A stretch of 64,000 nucleotides of DNA from Trypanosoma brucei (Eukaryota): contig CP000066.1 of the NCBI GenBank assembly GCA_000002445.1, positions 320,001-384,000 of the forward strand. The letters are read 5' to 3'. The translations under genes were made by a program, and so were the position numbers. Under the pieces are notes generated by a model. The model made no database searches. It worked only from the letters and a program-made list of their open reading frames with translations, and was not told the origin of the DNA. Positions 45,344 to 55,629 of this stretch are shown here, in pieces. Position 1 is the first letter of the stretch. Every line of letters starts with the position of its first letter.

Positions 45344-45345
<2 letters not shown>

Positions 45346-45377
<32 letters not shown>
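45346..45377. repeat. (TA)16 microsatellite immediately upstream of the DnaJ signal-peptide start.
   Basis: Direct reading. It lies inside the maximal ORF but upstream of the plausible ATG at 45422. Confidence 0.95.
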
Positions 45378-45379
<2 letters not shown>

Positions 45380-45421
45380 GCTGGGTATAACTGGTATACG
45401 TGTATTTTAGTTGCTTTGGGG

Positions 45422-46573
45422 ATGCGCTGCACAATGTCTTCGCCCCTTTTCCGACTCACTCGACTAAGCGTTGTCATAACCATTGCTTTTTTCCGGAATG
45501 TACATGCCGAAGAGGAGGATGATTACTATCGAGTTCTTGGGCTTGATGCGGAGCACGAAGACGTGAGTGAGCGTGATATCAAATCAGCATGGCGTAAACT
45601 CTCAAAGAAGCACCACCCTGACGTGGCGGGGGAATCGCAGCGCGTCATGTACCAACGTATTCAGCGCGCGTACGAAGTGCTTGGAGACCGCAGGAGGCGA
45701 AAGATATATGATATACTTGGTACCGAGGGGTTGAAGAAGTATGAAAAACCCCAAGAACAGGGAAGACATCAGAGCATCTTTGATACATTTTTCTCCTTTA
45801 TTGGCGGAGAATCAGGTGGTAACGCAGACCGTGGGTCCGATGAAGAGTTGATGTTGCTTGTGACCCTTGAAGACATGTATAAGGGTGCCGCCCACACCGC
45901 TAAGTTACCGCGCATAAAAATATGTCGCAAATGCCGTGGCACAGGAGCACGAAGCAAAGACGACTACGTTAAGTGTCCCCACTGCGGGGGCGGTGGGCGC
46001 GTTGTTCGGAGAGTCCAAATTGCACCGGGATTCATACAACAAATTGAACAGGTATGTGGGCAGTGTGGTGGTGGTGGCCGCGTTGTTAGGAGAAAGTGCC
46101 CCGTCTGTGGTGGGCATCGGCTAGTTCGCGGCAGCTCCTCAGTGAGCATTGATATTGAGCAAGGCACGCCCAATGGGTACAAAATGACGTATGAAATGGA
46201 GGCTGACCAGCAACCAAATAAAATGCCAGGTGACCTTATTTTTACAATAGTAACCATTCCACATCCTGAGTTTGCGCGCATGAGCAGCGGCAAGGAGGGC
46301 GTTCCCGACGACCTTTCAACGGCAGTGGAACTCACGCTTAAAGAGGCCTTGTTGGGATTTAACAAAACACTGAAGCACCTTGATGGTCGCGTGTTGTCGT
46401 TGGTAGAGACGGGTGTCACCAAGTTTGGACAAATCCGCAAATATGCGGGTGAAGGGATGCCACGCCATCATGTGCCGTCGGAGCGGGGGAATCTTCTGGT
46501 GCTGTACACGGTGGAGCTCCCAAAGATTCTTACGGAGGAACAGAGAAAGGCTATTGAAAGGGCACTCGACTGA
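45422..46573 (+). CDS. Type I DnaJ/Hsp40 chaperone with an N-terminal signal peptide (ER-lumenal ERdj3/DNAJB11-like).
   Basis: J-domain YYRVLGLDAEHEDVSERDIKSAWRKLSKKHHPD. Cys-rich zinc finger with CxxCxGxG repeats (CRKCRGTG…CPHCGGGG…CGQCGGGG…CPVCGGH). Hydrophobic leader MRCTMSSPLFRLTRLSVVITIAFF. The maximal ORF begins at 45194 but runs through a (TA)n repeat, so the start is set at 45422. Confidence 0.85.
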   Translation: MRCTMSSPLFRLTRLSVVITIAFFRNVHAEEEDDYYRVLGLDAEHEDVSERDIKSAWRKLSKKHHPDVAGESQRVMYQRIQRAYEVLGDRRRRKIYDILGTEGLKKYEKPQEQGRHQSIFDTFFSFIGGESGGNADRGSDEELMLLVTLEDMYKGAAHTAKLPRIKICRKCRGTGARSKDDYVKCPHCGGGGRVVRRVQIAPGFIQQIEQVCGQCGGGGRVVRRKCPVCGGHRLVRGSSSVSIDIEQGTPNGYKMTYEMEADQQPNKMPGDLIFTIVTIPHPEFARMSSGKEGVPDDLSTAVELTLKEALLGFNKTLKHLDGRVLSLVETGVTKFGQIRKYAGEGMPRHHVPSERGNLLVLYTVELPKILTEEQRKAIERALD

Positions 46574-47078
46574 AGGGAGTGAAGTTGGGGAAAGAGAAGA
46601 GCAATATAAGTGAGGACTTACAAAATTGCACTTGCACCAATGCACGTTTGCGCCCACTTGTACGCACTCGCTACAGTATATGTTATGTGTGTGTATGCGT
46701 TTGTGTGTCAGGGGGGAAGGTCATTACCGTGACATGAAAAGTATTGAAATGTGTAGGTAGCTTTACCTTCACATGCACTCACATTGCAATAACTGCTGGT
46801 ATTCTCCGTTTGCCTTTCCCATCTGTATGTTGGTGCTTCTTCTTATTGGCGTTTCCGTTTGTTAATTTACTTGCATTAGATGTGTTGCCACCTTCCGCGC
46901 AAAAATTTGCGGAGTATATAGGAAGGTAGCGGTTGTGGCACCAGACAATCCACACGATTTTTCCTGGTTTTGTCGGCTATAATAGAGGGCAATTTCAAAT
47001 ACTAAAATCAGATCCACAGAACTAAGTTCCAAAAGAAGGAGGGGACGGAGACGGGAATTTCGTTTCTACAAAAATTCG

Positions 47079-47099
47079 TATATATATATATATATATAT
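47079..47099. repeat. (TA)10 microsatellite abutting the first ATG of the AAA ATPase ORF.
   Basis: Direct reading: …gtatatatatatatatatatatATGggtcgc. Confidence 0.95.
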
Positions 47100-49542
47100 G
47101 GGTCGCCACCATGATGTGTCAACGGCAACTGTTAGTGCATCCTCTAAAGGTCCTCTCTTCTCGCTTACGGGAAGGGGTGGTGAAGTTAAACGGGCCCGTG
47201 AGTTGATTGCCTCCATTGGGGGCACTGTTACTTCAAATGATAACAAGGCGGATTACCTCGTTGCTGTAAAGGGCGCAGGGCGGCGTAAGGTGGAGGATTT
47301 TTGCAACGCAAGGCAAAATAATTCTCCCACTGACAGTGGAAACAAGGTGGTCCTTCTGGACATGTTGGAAGAGTGGAGCAGTAATGGTTCTCTGCCTAAG
47401 CGACGTGTAAGAATGGAAGACGCGGAGTTAACGAATTTGTTCAGCGCAGCCGCGAACGAACGTGCACGGCGCTCGTATGAAGTTCCTCCTAGTTTTCTGA
47501 AACGGTCCCGCGTAACACTCGATGCGGAGGGAAGCGTGGTGGATGAGTCAGACAACGCTGTGCTCCTTAAATGCGGCCCAACCCGGTCTCAGTTAGGGAA
47601 GATGACGCCGTCACCCTCCTCAGCTGCTACAGTGGAAACTGTACGTTGCAACGACCGAACGTCTCCTGTGAAGAATGGAAAGGCAGCTGGGACTACGCGC
47701 TTCCGACCACTACTTCTTGATGACGAGAGTCCTGACGATCAACCGAGCCGGCATCAAAAGATGGCTACTGAAATGAGTGGAAAGGTGAATCCGATGCGAT
47801 TAGCTTTCCGGCAGCGCCCTAAGCCCGACTGGGACACATATTTTTCGGATCCTTCTGTAGATTGCGGCGTATTAACCACTGAGGGAAGCACCACATCAAC
47901 AACGTTTCACCACCCAGCTTGCTCGTCAAAAAGTATTGGGTCGCAGCCCAAGGTGAAGCATACCCGTAACGAAGCTATATCTGATGGAAATATCGCAAAA
48001 CAGAAAAAAAATGGTGTCCTGTTACTGTTTGACACTAACAAGGTAAATTCCAACGGTCGGTCTTCTGTGCCTCCCAAAAGCGGCCAACGGCAAAGGGGGA
48101 CTGCAAGTATTCACAGTTGTAGTGTTGGTACAAAAACCGCTTCGGTATTGAGTAGGAGTGCAGGGAGTGCCAAAATACCTCCGCGACAGTTGTCGACAGT
48201 ACAGCAAAAAAAGAAAGAAGAGCAAAGCATCAGCCACGCAAGCAGAAACGCACCGGAGGGGGATCGAGGGCCACGCATCGAGTGCCCGACTGGCACATCT
48301 GCATCACTCTGCCGAGTCGTGCCAACAGTCCGCAGAGCCAACGAAGACAGTGCGAGCAGCAAGAAGGCGGCAACCAGTGGGGCGTCTCGAATGCCACCAT
48401 CACTTCCCCCTCGTCTCCAGGCCGCCTCAAAATCCTCTCGGACTGACGGAGTCGTCACAACTACGGACGGAGCGGTACCCCCGTCTACCCGGCAGTCCTG
48501 GAACTCACGGCCATCGTCGGCACCCGCAGCGCCCGCCAAACAAACTGGTGTTGCTGCCCGACGTTCAACGTGTTCGGATCCATTGCTAAAGCGCGTCCGC
48601 CAGAGCATATACTGCGAGGGCATTTCCGAGGAGGCCTGTGCAGCGGTGCTTCAGCAGGTTGTGGACCGCGCGTGCCCCGTCAACTTTGACAGCATCGCTG
48701 GCTTAGACACGTGCAAGCGTATTCTGCAAGAAACCATTATTCTTCCGGCGAAATGTCCACAACTGTTCACAGGTCTGCGCCGGCCTTGCAGTGGGTTGCT
48801 GCTTTTCGGGCCACCAGGAAACGGTAAGACATTATTGGCGAAAGCAGTGGCCAACGAGTGCAACACAACCTTTTTTAGCATCTCCGCAGCGGCGATTACT
48901 AGTAAATGGGTGGGTGAAAGTGAAAAGATGGTACGGGCGCTGTTTTCGGTTGCGCGCGCTCTTGCACCTAGCACAATATTTATTGATGAGGTCGATTCGT
49001 TGTTGCAAGCCCGTGGGGCTGCGCAAGAGGGTGAGGGGTCGCGTCGAATGAAAACGGAGTTTCTCGTGCAGATGGATGGAGCTGGGAACGACACGCAGAT
49101 GGCACGCGTATTGGTTATGGGGGCCACAAACCGACCATTTGACCTAGATGAAGCGGTAATTCGCCGGTTCCCGAAGCGAGTGTTCGTCCCACTCCCCGAT
49201 GCCCCCGCGCGGGCACAAATTCTACAAAAACTACTTAACACGGTGGAAACTCCAAATACTTTGAGCTCAGAGGCGTGGGAGAGGGTCGTCAAACTTACTA
49301 GTGGCTACAGTGGGCACGATTTGAGGCAACTCTGCGAAGACGCAGCGATGATTCCTGTGCGGGAGCTTGTGGCAGAGAAGCTACGAAAGGGGGAGAACTT
49401 GGCGGAGCACGCACACAACGCACTGTTGAGGCCGTTAACGCTCACTGATGTTGAAGCCTGTGTTAGTGGAATGAACCCCAGTTGTTGCCCGAAGCTATTA
49501 AATGCGTTGGAGGAGTGGAGCAAAACTTTCGGAAGTAAGTAG
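47098..49542 (+). CDS. Meiotic-clade AAA ATPase (fidgetin/katanin-p60/spastin-like) with an N-terminal BRCT-like domain.
   Basis: Walker A LLFGPPGNGKTLLAKAVANE. Walker B IFIDEVDSL. Arg-finger region and a Vps4_C-like tail. N-terminal LFSLTGRGGEVKRARELIASIGGTVTSNDNKADYLVAVKG…VVLLDMLEEW resembles a BRCT fold. Long Ser/Pro-rich linker. Confidence 0.8.
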   Translation: MGRHHDVSTATVSASSKGPLFSLTGRGGEVKRARELIASIGGTVTSNDNKADYLVAVKGAGRRKVEDFCNARQNNSPTDSGNKVVLLDMLEEWSSNGSLPKRRVRMEDAELTNLFSAAANERARRSYEVPPSFLKRSRVTLDAEGSVVDESDNAVLLKCGPTRSQLGKMTPSPSSAATVETVRCNDRTSPVKNGKAAGTTRFRPLLLDDESPDDQPSRHQKMATEMSGKVNPMRLAFRQRPKPDWDTYFSDPSVDCGVLTTEGSTTSTTFHHPACSSKSIGSQPKVKHTRNEAISDGNIAKQKKNGVLLLFDTNKVNSNGRSSVPPKSGQRQRGTASIHSCSVGTKTASVLSRSAGSAKIPPRQLSTVQQKKKEEQSISHASRNAPEGDRGPRIECPTGTSASLCRVVPTVRRANEDSASSKKAATSGASRMPPSLPPRLQAASKSSRTDGVVTTTDGAVPPSTRQSWNSRPSSAPAAPAKQTGVAARRSTCSDPLLKRVRQSIYCEGISEEACAAVLQQVVDRACPVNFDSIAGLDTCKRILQETIILPAKCPQLFTGLRRPCSGLLLFGPPGNGKTLLAKAVANECNTTFFSISAAAITSKWVGESEKMVRALFSVARALAPSTIFIDEVDSLLQARGAAQEGEGSRRMKTEFLVQMDGAGNDTQMARVLVMGATNRPFDLDEAVIRRFPKRVFVPLPDAPARAQILQKLLNTVETPNTLSSEAWERVVKLTSGYSGHDLRQLCEDAAMIPVRELVAEKLRKGENLAEHAHNALLRPLTLTDVEACVSGMNPSCCPKLLNALEEWSKTFGSK

Positions 49543-49858
49543 TACCGCCGAGCGACTCCACAAACTATGTGCACCCTGCGTTCCCCGTGACATAACCTGA
49601 AACATTTTTGTCAAGCTATTCTCCTCATCAACATGTTCTCCGCGTTCCCACAACATCTGCGCACTTTAAACAGTTTTGGACGGAACGGTTACAACACGTG
49701 TCCCGCCTCGCTGCCTTCGGTTACCATGTGGAGATGCCATCATGTAAACTGTTGGGAGGTGACGAAGTTGTCCCTGCAACGGGCACTCTTAATTGTATCA
49801 TTTGCCCCTTTCACAATTATGTCAGTCAATCACTTCCTTAATGAGTTCTTGTGTGCGC

Positions 49859-49886
49859 ATGTGTGTGTGTGTGTGTGTGTGTGTGT
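49859..49886. repeat. (GT)14 microsatellite downstream of the AAA ATPase gene.
   Basis: Direct reading. Confidence 0.95.
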
Positions 49887-50123
49887 CTTTCCATCATTTC
49901 TTCTTTTGGGCGATTGATTGCATGTGATGTATCGCGACGCTTGTAGCGGCCAATGTTTCCATTGCGTCAAGCGCCAGCGTATGTGTGTCCCACCCACCTT
50001 TTCCTAATTTCTCTGTGAGTTGGAAGTGTTTAAGTAAGTAATCGTAAGCCATTTACTTTCTTCAAACACAACAAGTGGTACTGAAGGTGTGAAACTTACC
50101 ACAAGTACGAAGACACTGATTAG

Positions 50124-51329
50124 GTGCGTGCAGATTCATACGTTGTGGCAATGCCGTGTGCCACTAAAGGAGAGGCTTCACCTCCCGTAACCACACCAGT
50201 GGGACGTGACGGGTGCCTTTGTGTCGTTACATGGCAGACTGCAGGGCGCATGTCACTACAAACATGTGCTTTGGAATCTGCTGCAGATGCACTAGTTTTC
50301 TTACGCAACAACTTACCGGGAATTGCACTGTGTGGTTTATGGGTGGACATGCAGAAGTGCAGTGAAGAAGAGCATCGGCAAGTTTTACAGCTGCTTTACC
50401 CAAACATGCAGCCGAGTCACGTGGAGGCTGTGCTTGCAAATGATATGTACGACGTGGTGGAGTTGCAACCTACGGAAGGTGAGTATGTTGTTGGCTGCCT
50501 TTCGTGTTCCCCGAGCCACGGCGGACCGTTTCCTGCTGCAACCGCTATGTCGCGCACTGAGTTAGGTTGCGAGGAAGGGGTTTTGTGCTCGTTTGTGTGT
50601 AGTGAGCGTGTACTACTGACGCTGCATACAGCACCGTTTGCCGGTCTCGCGGAGTTATTTCGTCATGTTCTGAGGGACAACTCCCAGTGGCCCATGAGTA
50701 TGTCGGCTATCCTTTGCACCCTCGTGTGTTACACATGCGAATTGAGCCTTCCCGATCCTACGGCCCTAATTGGGGAGGTGGATTGTATCGACGAGATGAT
50801 GCTGTTGGTTGCCCCGGGAAAGCGCGACCAAACGGATATGCTCCGACGGGTAGCTTTACTTCGCCGCCACCTTTCGGCATTGAACCGAAAGCTACAAGAA
50901 AAAGCGAAACTTATCTCAGAGATGACTGGTCCTGCAATGCGTACGACTTTTGTGTCACGTGAGTTGCATTTGGGTTATATGTATCGGGAGGCGCTTGAAG
51001 GACTTTCGCAAGTGCTGTCACGCCTCGAGTGTGCACAAGATACACTGGATCATGCAAACCTCAACTTTATGTACGCCATAACAATGCGGATGTCGCAGAC
51101 GTCAGCGGGTTGCGATCGCCAAGTTATGATTGTTAACAAGATTGCCACTATTTGCCTTCCAGCCATTCTGGTGGCCTCCTTGTTTGGAATGAACTGCAAG
51201 GTGCAGTGGGTGGCAGACGACTGCGACAGTCTTTACCCATTTTGGACTATTGTTGCTCTCATGATAGTTTGGATGGCTGCTCTCCTGTTTCAACCGGTCC
51301 GTGACCTCATCAGGGAAAAGGGTGGATAA
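50124..51329 (+). CDS. CorA/Mrs2-type Mg2+ transporter-like membrane protein.
   Basis: C-terminal two-TM hairpin with the signature IATICLPAILVASLFGMNCKV (F/Y-GMN motif at the end of TM1). This is followed by FWTIVALMIVWMAALLF (TM2). Large soluble N-terminal domain. Confidence 0.6.
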   Translation: MRADSYVVAMPCATKGEASPPVTTPVGRDGCLCVVTWQTAGRMSLQTCALESAADALVFLRNNLPGIALCGLWVDMQKCSEEEHRQVLQLLYPNMQPSHVEAVLANDMYDVVELQPTEGEYVVGCLSCSPSHGGPFPAATAMSRTELGCEEGVLCSFVCSERVLLTLHTAPFAGLAELFRHVLRDNSQWPMSMSAILCTLVCYTCELSLPDPTALIGEVDCIDEMMLLVAPGKRDQTDMLRRVALLRRHLSALNRKLQEKAKLISEMTGPAMRTTFVSRELHLGYMYREALEGLSQVLSRLECAQDTLDHANLNFMYAITMRMSQTSAGCDRQVMIVNKIATICLPAILVASLFGMNCKVQWVADDCDSLYPFWTIVALMIVWMAALLFQPVRDLIREKGG

Positions 51330-52818
51330 GCCACGAGGGTATCGTTGTTTTGTGCTTGAGGTTGAGATTAAAAACTCATCATTGAACGTTCTAACGGGTG
51401 TCGATCCTCGACTTGGGTGTAGTTTGCGATGTGTCCGGTGTGCCCCAAAGGGCGAGTGTGTAAAGTCACTTCATCATTTTGTTAATCTGTTGCTGTCCCC
51501 ATTTGTATGATCCGCACTTCCATGTGGTTGGCGGAGTTTCCCTAGCGCAGAAAGCGCTTAATTGAGTACCTCGTCTTTTCCTAAACCTTTGAAAAGGGGG
51601 AAATTGTGACCATATACGGAAAGCATACATTTAAAAGAAGGTGGAAAATGCGTCTTTCGGTCGAAAAGGAAAGTGTTGGGGGGCGAAGGTATGTTATTGT
51701 TCAGTGGAAGACCCTTCATCCTACCGGCGGGCTCACAAGTGATCGGCACCACCGCTACCACAAATGAAACCACTGATGACTATAACGTTTCACTCTTGTC
51801 GTACGAAATGTCTTGACGAAACTTATACTTCGTTTGATTCTGAATTATTTATTCCTTCCTTCACACCCTATCATTCGTCGCCCCTTATTTACTCTTTCCG
51901 TTGGAACAATGATGTGAATCTATCTGTGCAAATGACACCTCTAGTCTGAAACACAACATGACGCGAGCACAAATACAAGTTATCCCTGGCTGAGTAATCC
52001 AACTCCATTCTCTGTCCCTTCCCTAAGCAATTCATATCGAGTTCTCTACTGAGAGAATTCGCATATATTTTTTTTATTTCCCATGTAACAAGGTGTCTGA
52101 CGCCTTATTATATGCTGCTCAAGGCTGGTGTTACTCGTGAGTTTGCTCCCCGACGGCAACTTAAATTTTACCATAACACTTACGGAACTGTGTCTGTTGG
52201 TTGTTGACAGTGCCGAAGTTCAGTGCTCTTCCCTGATGAGTGTGAAGGTAAATGTCGCTACTTTCCCTCCGGTTGCTGAAACGGAGGTGCCAACGGGACT
52301 TGAGAGTGTGTTTAGATGGTTTCTTCCTTCAGTGGTGGGATACACTGCAGAGAAACTTGCAAAAAAATTTAACAGTATCTAAAACAATTTCATGACAAAG
52401 TTGACAATAAACAACTTTACGCCCATCCTTTCCCCGCCCCTGCTGGTGTTGCACGCAATGTTGTCGTTGGAGGGCTTTATGTCTTTCTGTTACAGAAGAA
52501 TGTCTCGCAACTCCTTTTCTCCACACTTCCCTGCGTATTTAATCGGGAACTAAAAGGATCACGGGGTTGCAGTAAGAGAAGACGTCGTTTCCATAAAGTT
52601 TGGGTCGAGGCGAGAGCAGCAGCGACATGTGGAGACAGAGTTTAAACAAATAGCACCAAATTATTAATTCTTCACTAAAGTCTTTAAAGTTCACTTACAG
52701 GTTTATACAAAGTGAAGAAATATGGCACGAAATAAAAAGCCATTGGACCACCATCTAGACAAACGGATTACCTGTAGGTTTTTGGAGGGATATTAACGCG
52801 TTCCGTTTCCCGCTTTCG

Positions 52819-53349
52819 TTGCCGCACATAATATGCCGGAAAAAATCCATGTTGAGTTACCACCGGATGGTCTTCTTTGCATATTTTCTCTCTTTAATTT
52901 TTGAGTCTTCTCCTTCTCCTCCTCCAATCACAAGCCTTCGTCTTTTTGAAAGTGCATCTCAGTGTGTAGGCAAAATGAGTTATATAATTGGCCATGTAAT
53001 GAAAAAGACGGTTTTTGTGCTAGTGTTTGCGATTGTTGCGGCATCCAAAAGTGATGAAGATGATAATGATGATGATTTTCGAGTACCCACATGTGAGCAA
53101 TTACTCCCACGGTGGCGGGACGATTTGATGTGCTGTGCTGAGAAGGTACGGGATAAAAACACTTGGTGTTGTGTCAACAACGTGTCAAAAAGCATGTGGA
53201 CTGCTTTAGAGGAATGTGCCAAACAATCCCCGCGTGATTTTACCACATACCCGTGTAGTTGTCTGTCGCAACAAATGATAGAAGCAAATGGTTGGACTGA
53301 AGAAAAGGAAAGAAGCATTAAGAATGCGGAGGAACGGGAATCGCAATAA
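52819..53349 (+). CDS. Hypothetical small cysteine-rich, probably secreted protein.
   Basis: Internal Met followed by a signal-peptide-like MKKTVFVLVFAIVAASKS, an acidic DEDDNDDD run and 8 Cys (CEQL…CCAEK…WCCVNN…CAKQ…CSC). ORF boundaries uncertain. True start may be at ~52975. Confidence 0.3.
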   Translation: MPHIICRKKSMLSYHRMVFFAYFLSLIFESSPSPPPITSLRLFESASQCVGKMSYIIGHVMKKTVFVLVFAIVAASKSDEDDNDDDFRVPTCEQLLPRWRDDLMCCAEKVRDKNTWCCVNNVSKSMWTALEECAKQSPRDFTTYPCSCLSQQMIEANGWTEEKERSIKNAEERESQ

Positions 53350-54531
53350 AACATCAAGTGAGCTGGCAGCTGAAGAGGAAATTGTGGATTGAAAAGCGGA
53401 ACAAGCAATAAAGGAAGTTAGCTCGGCAACCTAGTTAGGCACACGTTTGGGAGTAAGACCAACCTCATGAAAAGAATAATCCTTACAGTAAGCAAATGAG
53501 AAGATGAAACAGATACATCAGTATCAAAAAAGGAGAGTCTGTCCCCCCCTCCCTTTACATTTGGTGACACCACTTCTCTTTATTGCTTTTACTTCATTAC
53601 TTATTTTATTTTAAGGTTTATCCATTGTGGGTTGTTTCTAGTTGCTATTTCACGATTTGTTTCATGCCAAACATGTACATGTCCCTTCGATAAGAAACAA
53701 GGTTTTCGAGTTGCAATGTTCATGTTGTTGCATGTGTATAAAGTTGGGCACTATTCCCTTTTATCCGCATCCGCAACTTCATCACTGTTTTGTGCAAGGA
53801 GGGGAGGGGAGGTATTTTAGCAAATTCTTTTCAGAATAATGTGAAACATAATTGGGAAACGCAATAAAACAAGGTAATGATGGGACGATGTGATGTGATG
53901 TTTTTGTTGTTGTTTTTGTTATTCTCGATTGTAGTTGATACCGCTAATTTTTTTTAACTTTTCAATACGGGGATGCATACATTTGATCGCTTTGCCTCCT
54001 TGATGTTGTGTACCTCTTATGAAATTATGTGTAGCATATCCTCCATGGGCTTTAATTCTTTTGATAGTAGTTGGTTGTCCCCCATTTGTAAAGTGTTGTC
54101 CACAAGATTTCTCCACAATAGATTTTGATCTGCTTGAAAACACGTTTTTTTTTATATTATGGTACAATAATATGTCACTCTTACAAACGTCACCTACAAA
54201 CGCATTACCATTATTAGTTGTTGAATATGTTTGCCCATTAGGCGAAGTGCTGGAGGTGCAAATGATAGTGAATAAACGGATTGAATTTTTGCACATTTAT
54301 GCTGAAGTAGATTATATTATGCGTAAATGAGTGTGTTTGGTTATTGGTGATTCCCCTTGTGAGGGGAATGGAAAAATTACGCTTAAGTTACATGCGGTGC
54401 TGGTGGAAACTTTAGTTTCCGTAATAAAGGCCACCATCGGTAACTTGGCTTACTTTCTTCTTTGTATTATGAAATTGGTGTGTCTGTGCTTTTACTTTTG
54501 ATTTTTCGAAAAAGGACAAAAGAAATAAAGG

Positions 54532-55629
54532 ATGCGGATATATTTCTCATTTATTGTCGTATTGTTGACTGGGACAGTGGAAAGTTCAAAAGCAGGAAAG
54601 AAGGGTTCACAAATATTGAATGAAAACGAGTTTAAAACATTATGTGGATTTGTCAATCTGACGTTTGAAATACAGAAATTGGCGAGTGAAGGAAAGCCAA
54701 CACTTGGAGGATTGAAACCTGAAAGTGTTAACGAGTCCGTGAATACCATTTTGTACGGCAACAAAGGCAGCACCGAAATTGGTTTCGAAGGCGAAAACGA
54801 CAGGAAAGATTACTGCGGGGACAGGCAAAATCGAGCCCACAAATATGCGGGGAAAAGCTTAATAAAGGATATTTTGTGTCTATGTAAACCCCACAGAAGG
54901 CAGGGCCAAAACGGGGCTGGTGCAGAAGATCTGTGTTTTAGCGGTAACAAGTGGTACAAGGGCGGTGAGGTGTGGAGCAATAAAGAGCAAGCTAAGCAGC
55001 ATTGGGAGAAAATAAGGTTGCATTGTAACCAACTTCCGAAACGGGAGCAACATATACAAAATCAATTATACCACTTAAAGGAAAAAGTTCAAGCAGTACT
55101 GAGAACAGCGACAGAAAAGAAGGGAAGGGAATCAGATCAAAACATACGACTCGGGGGTCATCAGGCAACAGAAGTGAAGCAATGCTCAGCAACCACTGGA
55201 AAGGGTAATTCGGTGTGTTTGATGTATAACATCACTTCCGGCACACTCACCAACCATAGCATCCCCTGGTTAAAGCATCTTGAAGAACTTGCCGAGAAAA
55301 TACCGAATGATACACGAACCAATTTGGGCACGAGTGAAAACGACGTCGAAACCGTTCCAAATGGAGTTGGAGATGCCGCACCTTCAACGGACCGAAAGAT
55401 TAACGAAGGCATTCGCACTAATGATGATAATAACAATAATAATGATAATGATAATATTAATTACAAGCACAATGATGGTAATAACACTGAATATAATCTA
55501 GAAGATCCACTAATGAATGAAAGCGGAACTAATACATCCGCAGAACCACAAACACGACCACTTTGGTCAGTAAATGGGAACCCTAACCCTAACCCTTTAA
55601 AAATACTTCTTTTACTGCTCTTAAATTAA
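54532..55629 (+). CDS. VSG-related or other surface-glycoprotein-like protein with a signal peptide and a C-terminal hydrophobic GPI-signal-like tail.
   Basis: N-terminal signal MRIYFSFIVVLLTGTVESS, multiple Cys pairs (LCGF, DYCGD, CLCKP, LCFSG, LHCNQ), several N-glycosylation sequons, an Asn/Asp-rich low-complexity stretch and the C-terminus …NGNPNPNPLKILLLLLLN. It is the last gene before an ORF-free gap. Confidence 0.4.
   Translation: MRIYFSFIVVLLTGTVESSKAGKKGSQILNENEFKTLCGFVNLTFEIQKLASEGKPTLGGLKPESVNESVNTILYGNKGSTEIGFEGENDRKDYCGDRQNRAHKYAGKSLIKDILCLCKPHRRQGQNGAGAEDLCFSGNKWYKGGEVWSNKEQAKQHWEKIRLHCNQLPKREQHIQNQLYHLKEKVQAVLRTATEKKGRESDQNIRLGGHQATEVKQCSATTGKGNSVCLMYNITSGTLTNHSIPWLKHLEELAEKIPNDTRTNLGTSENDVETVPNGVGDAAPSTDRKINEGIRTNDDNNNNNDNDNINYKHNDGNNTEYNLEDPLMNESGTNTSAEPQTRPLWSVNGNPNPNPLKILLLLLLN

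Noticed and set aside
48651-49292. 213-aa minus-strand ORF inside the AAA ATPase gene
   Set aside because: Opposite a clear AAA domain with Walker motifs, with no motif of its own. It is the antisense-frame artefact of a GC-rich coding region.
55570-55590. ccctaaccctaaccct telomere-like hexamers
   Set aside because: Only ~2.5 copies, embedded in a coding sequence far from a sequence end. Not a telomere or interstitial telomeric array. Kept only as a note under the VSG-related gene.
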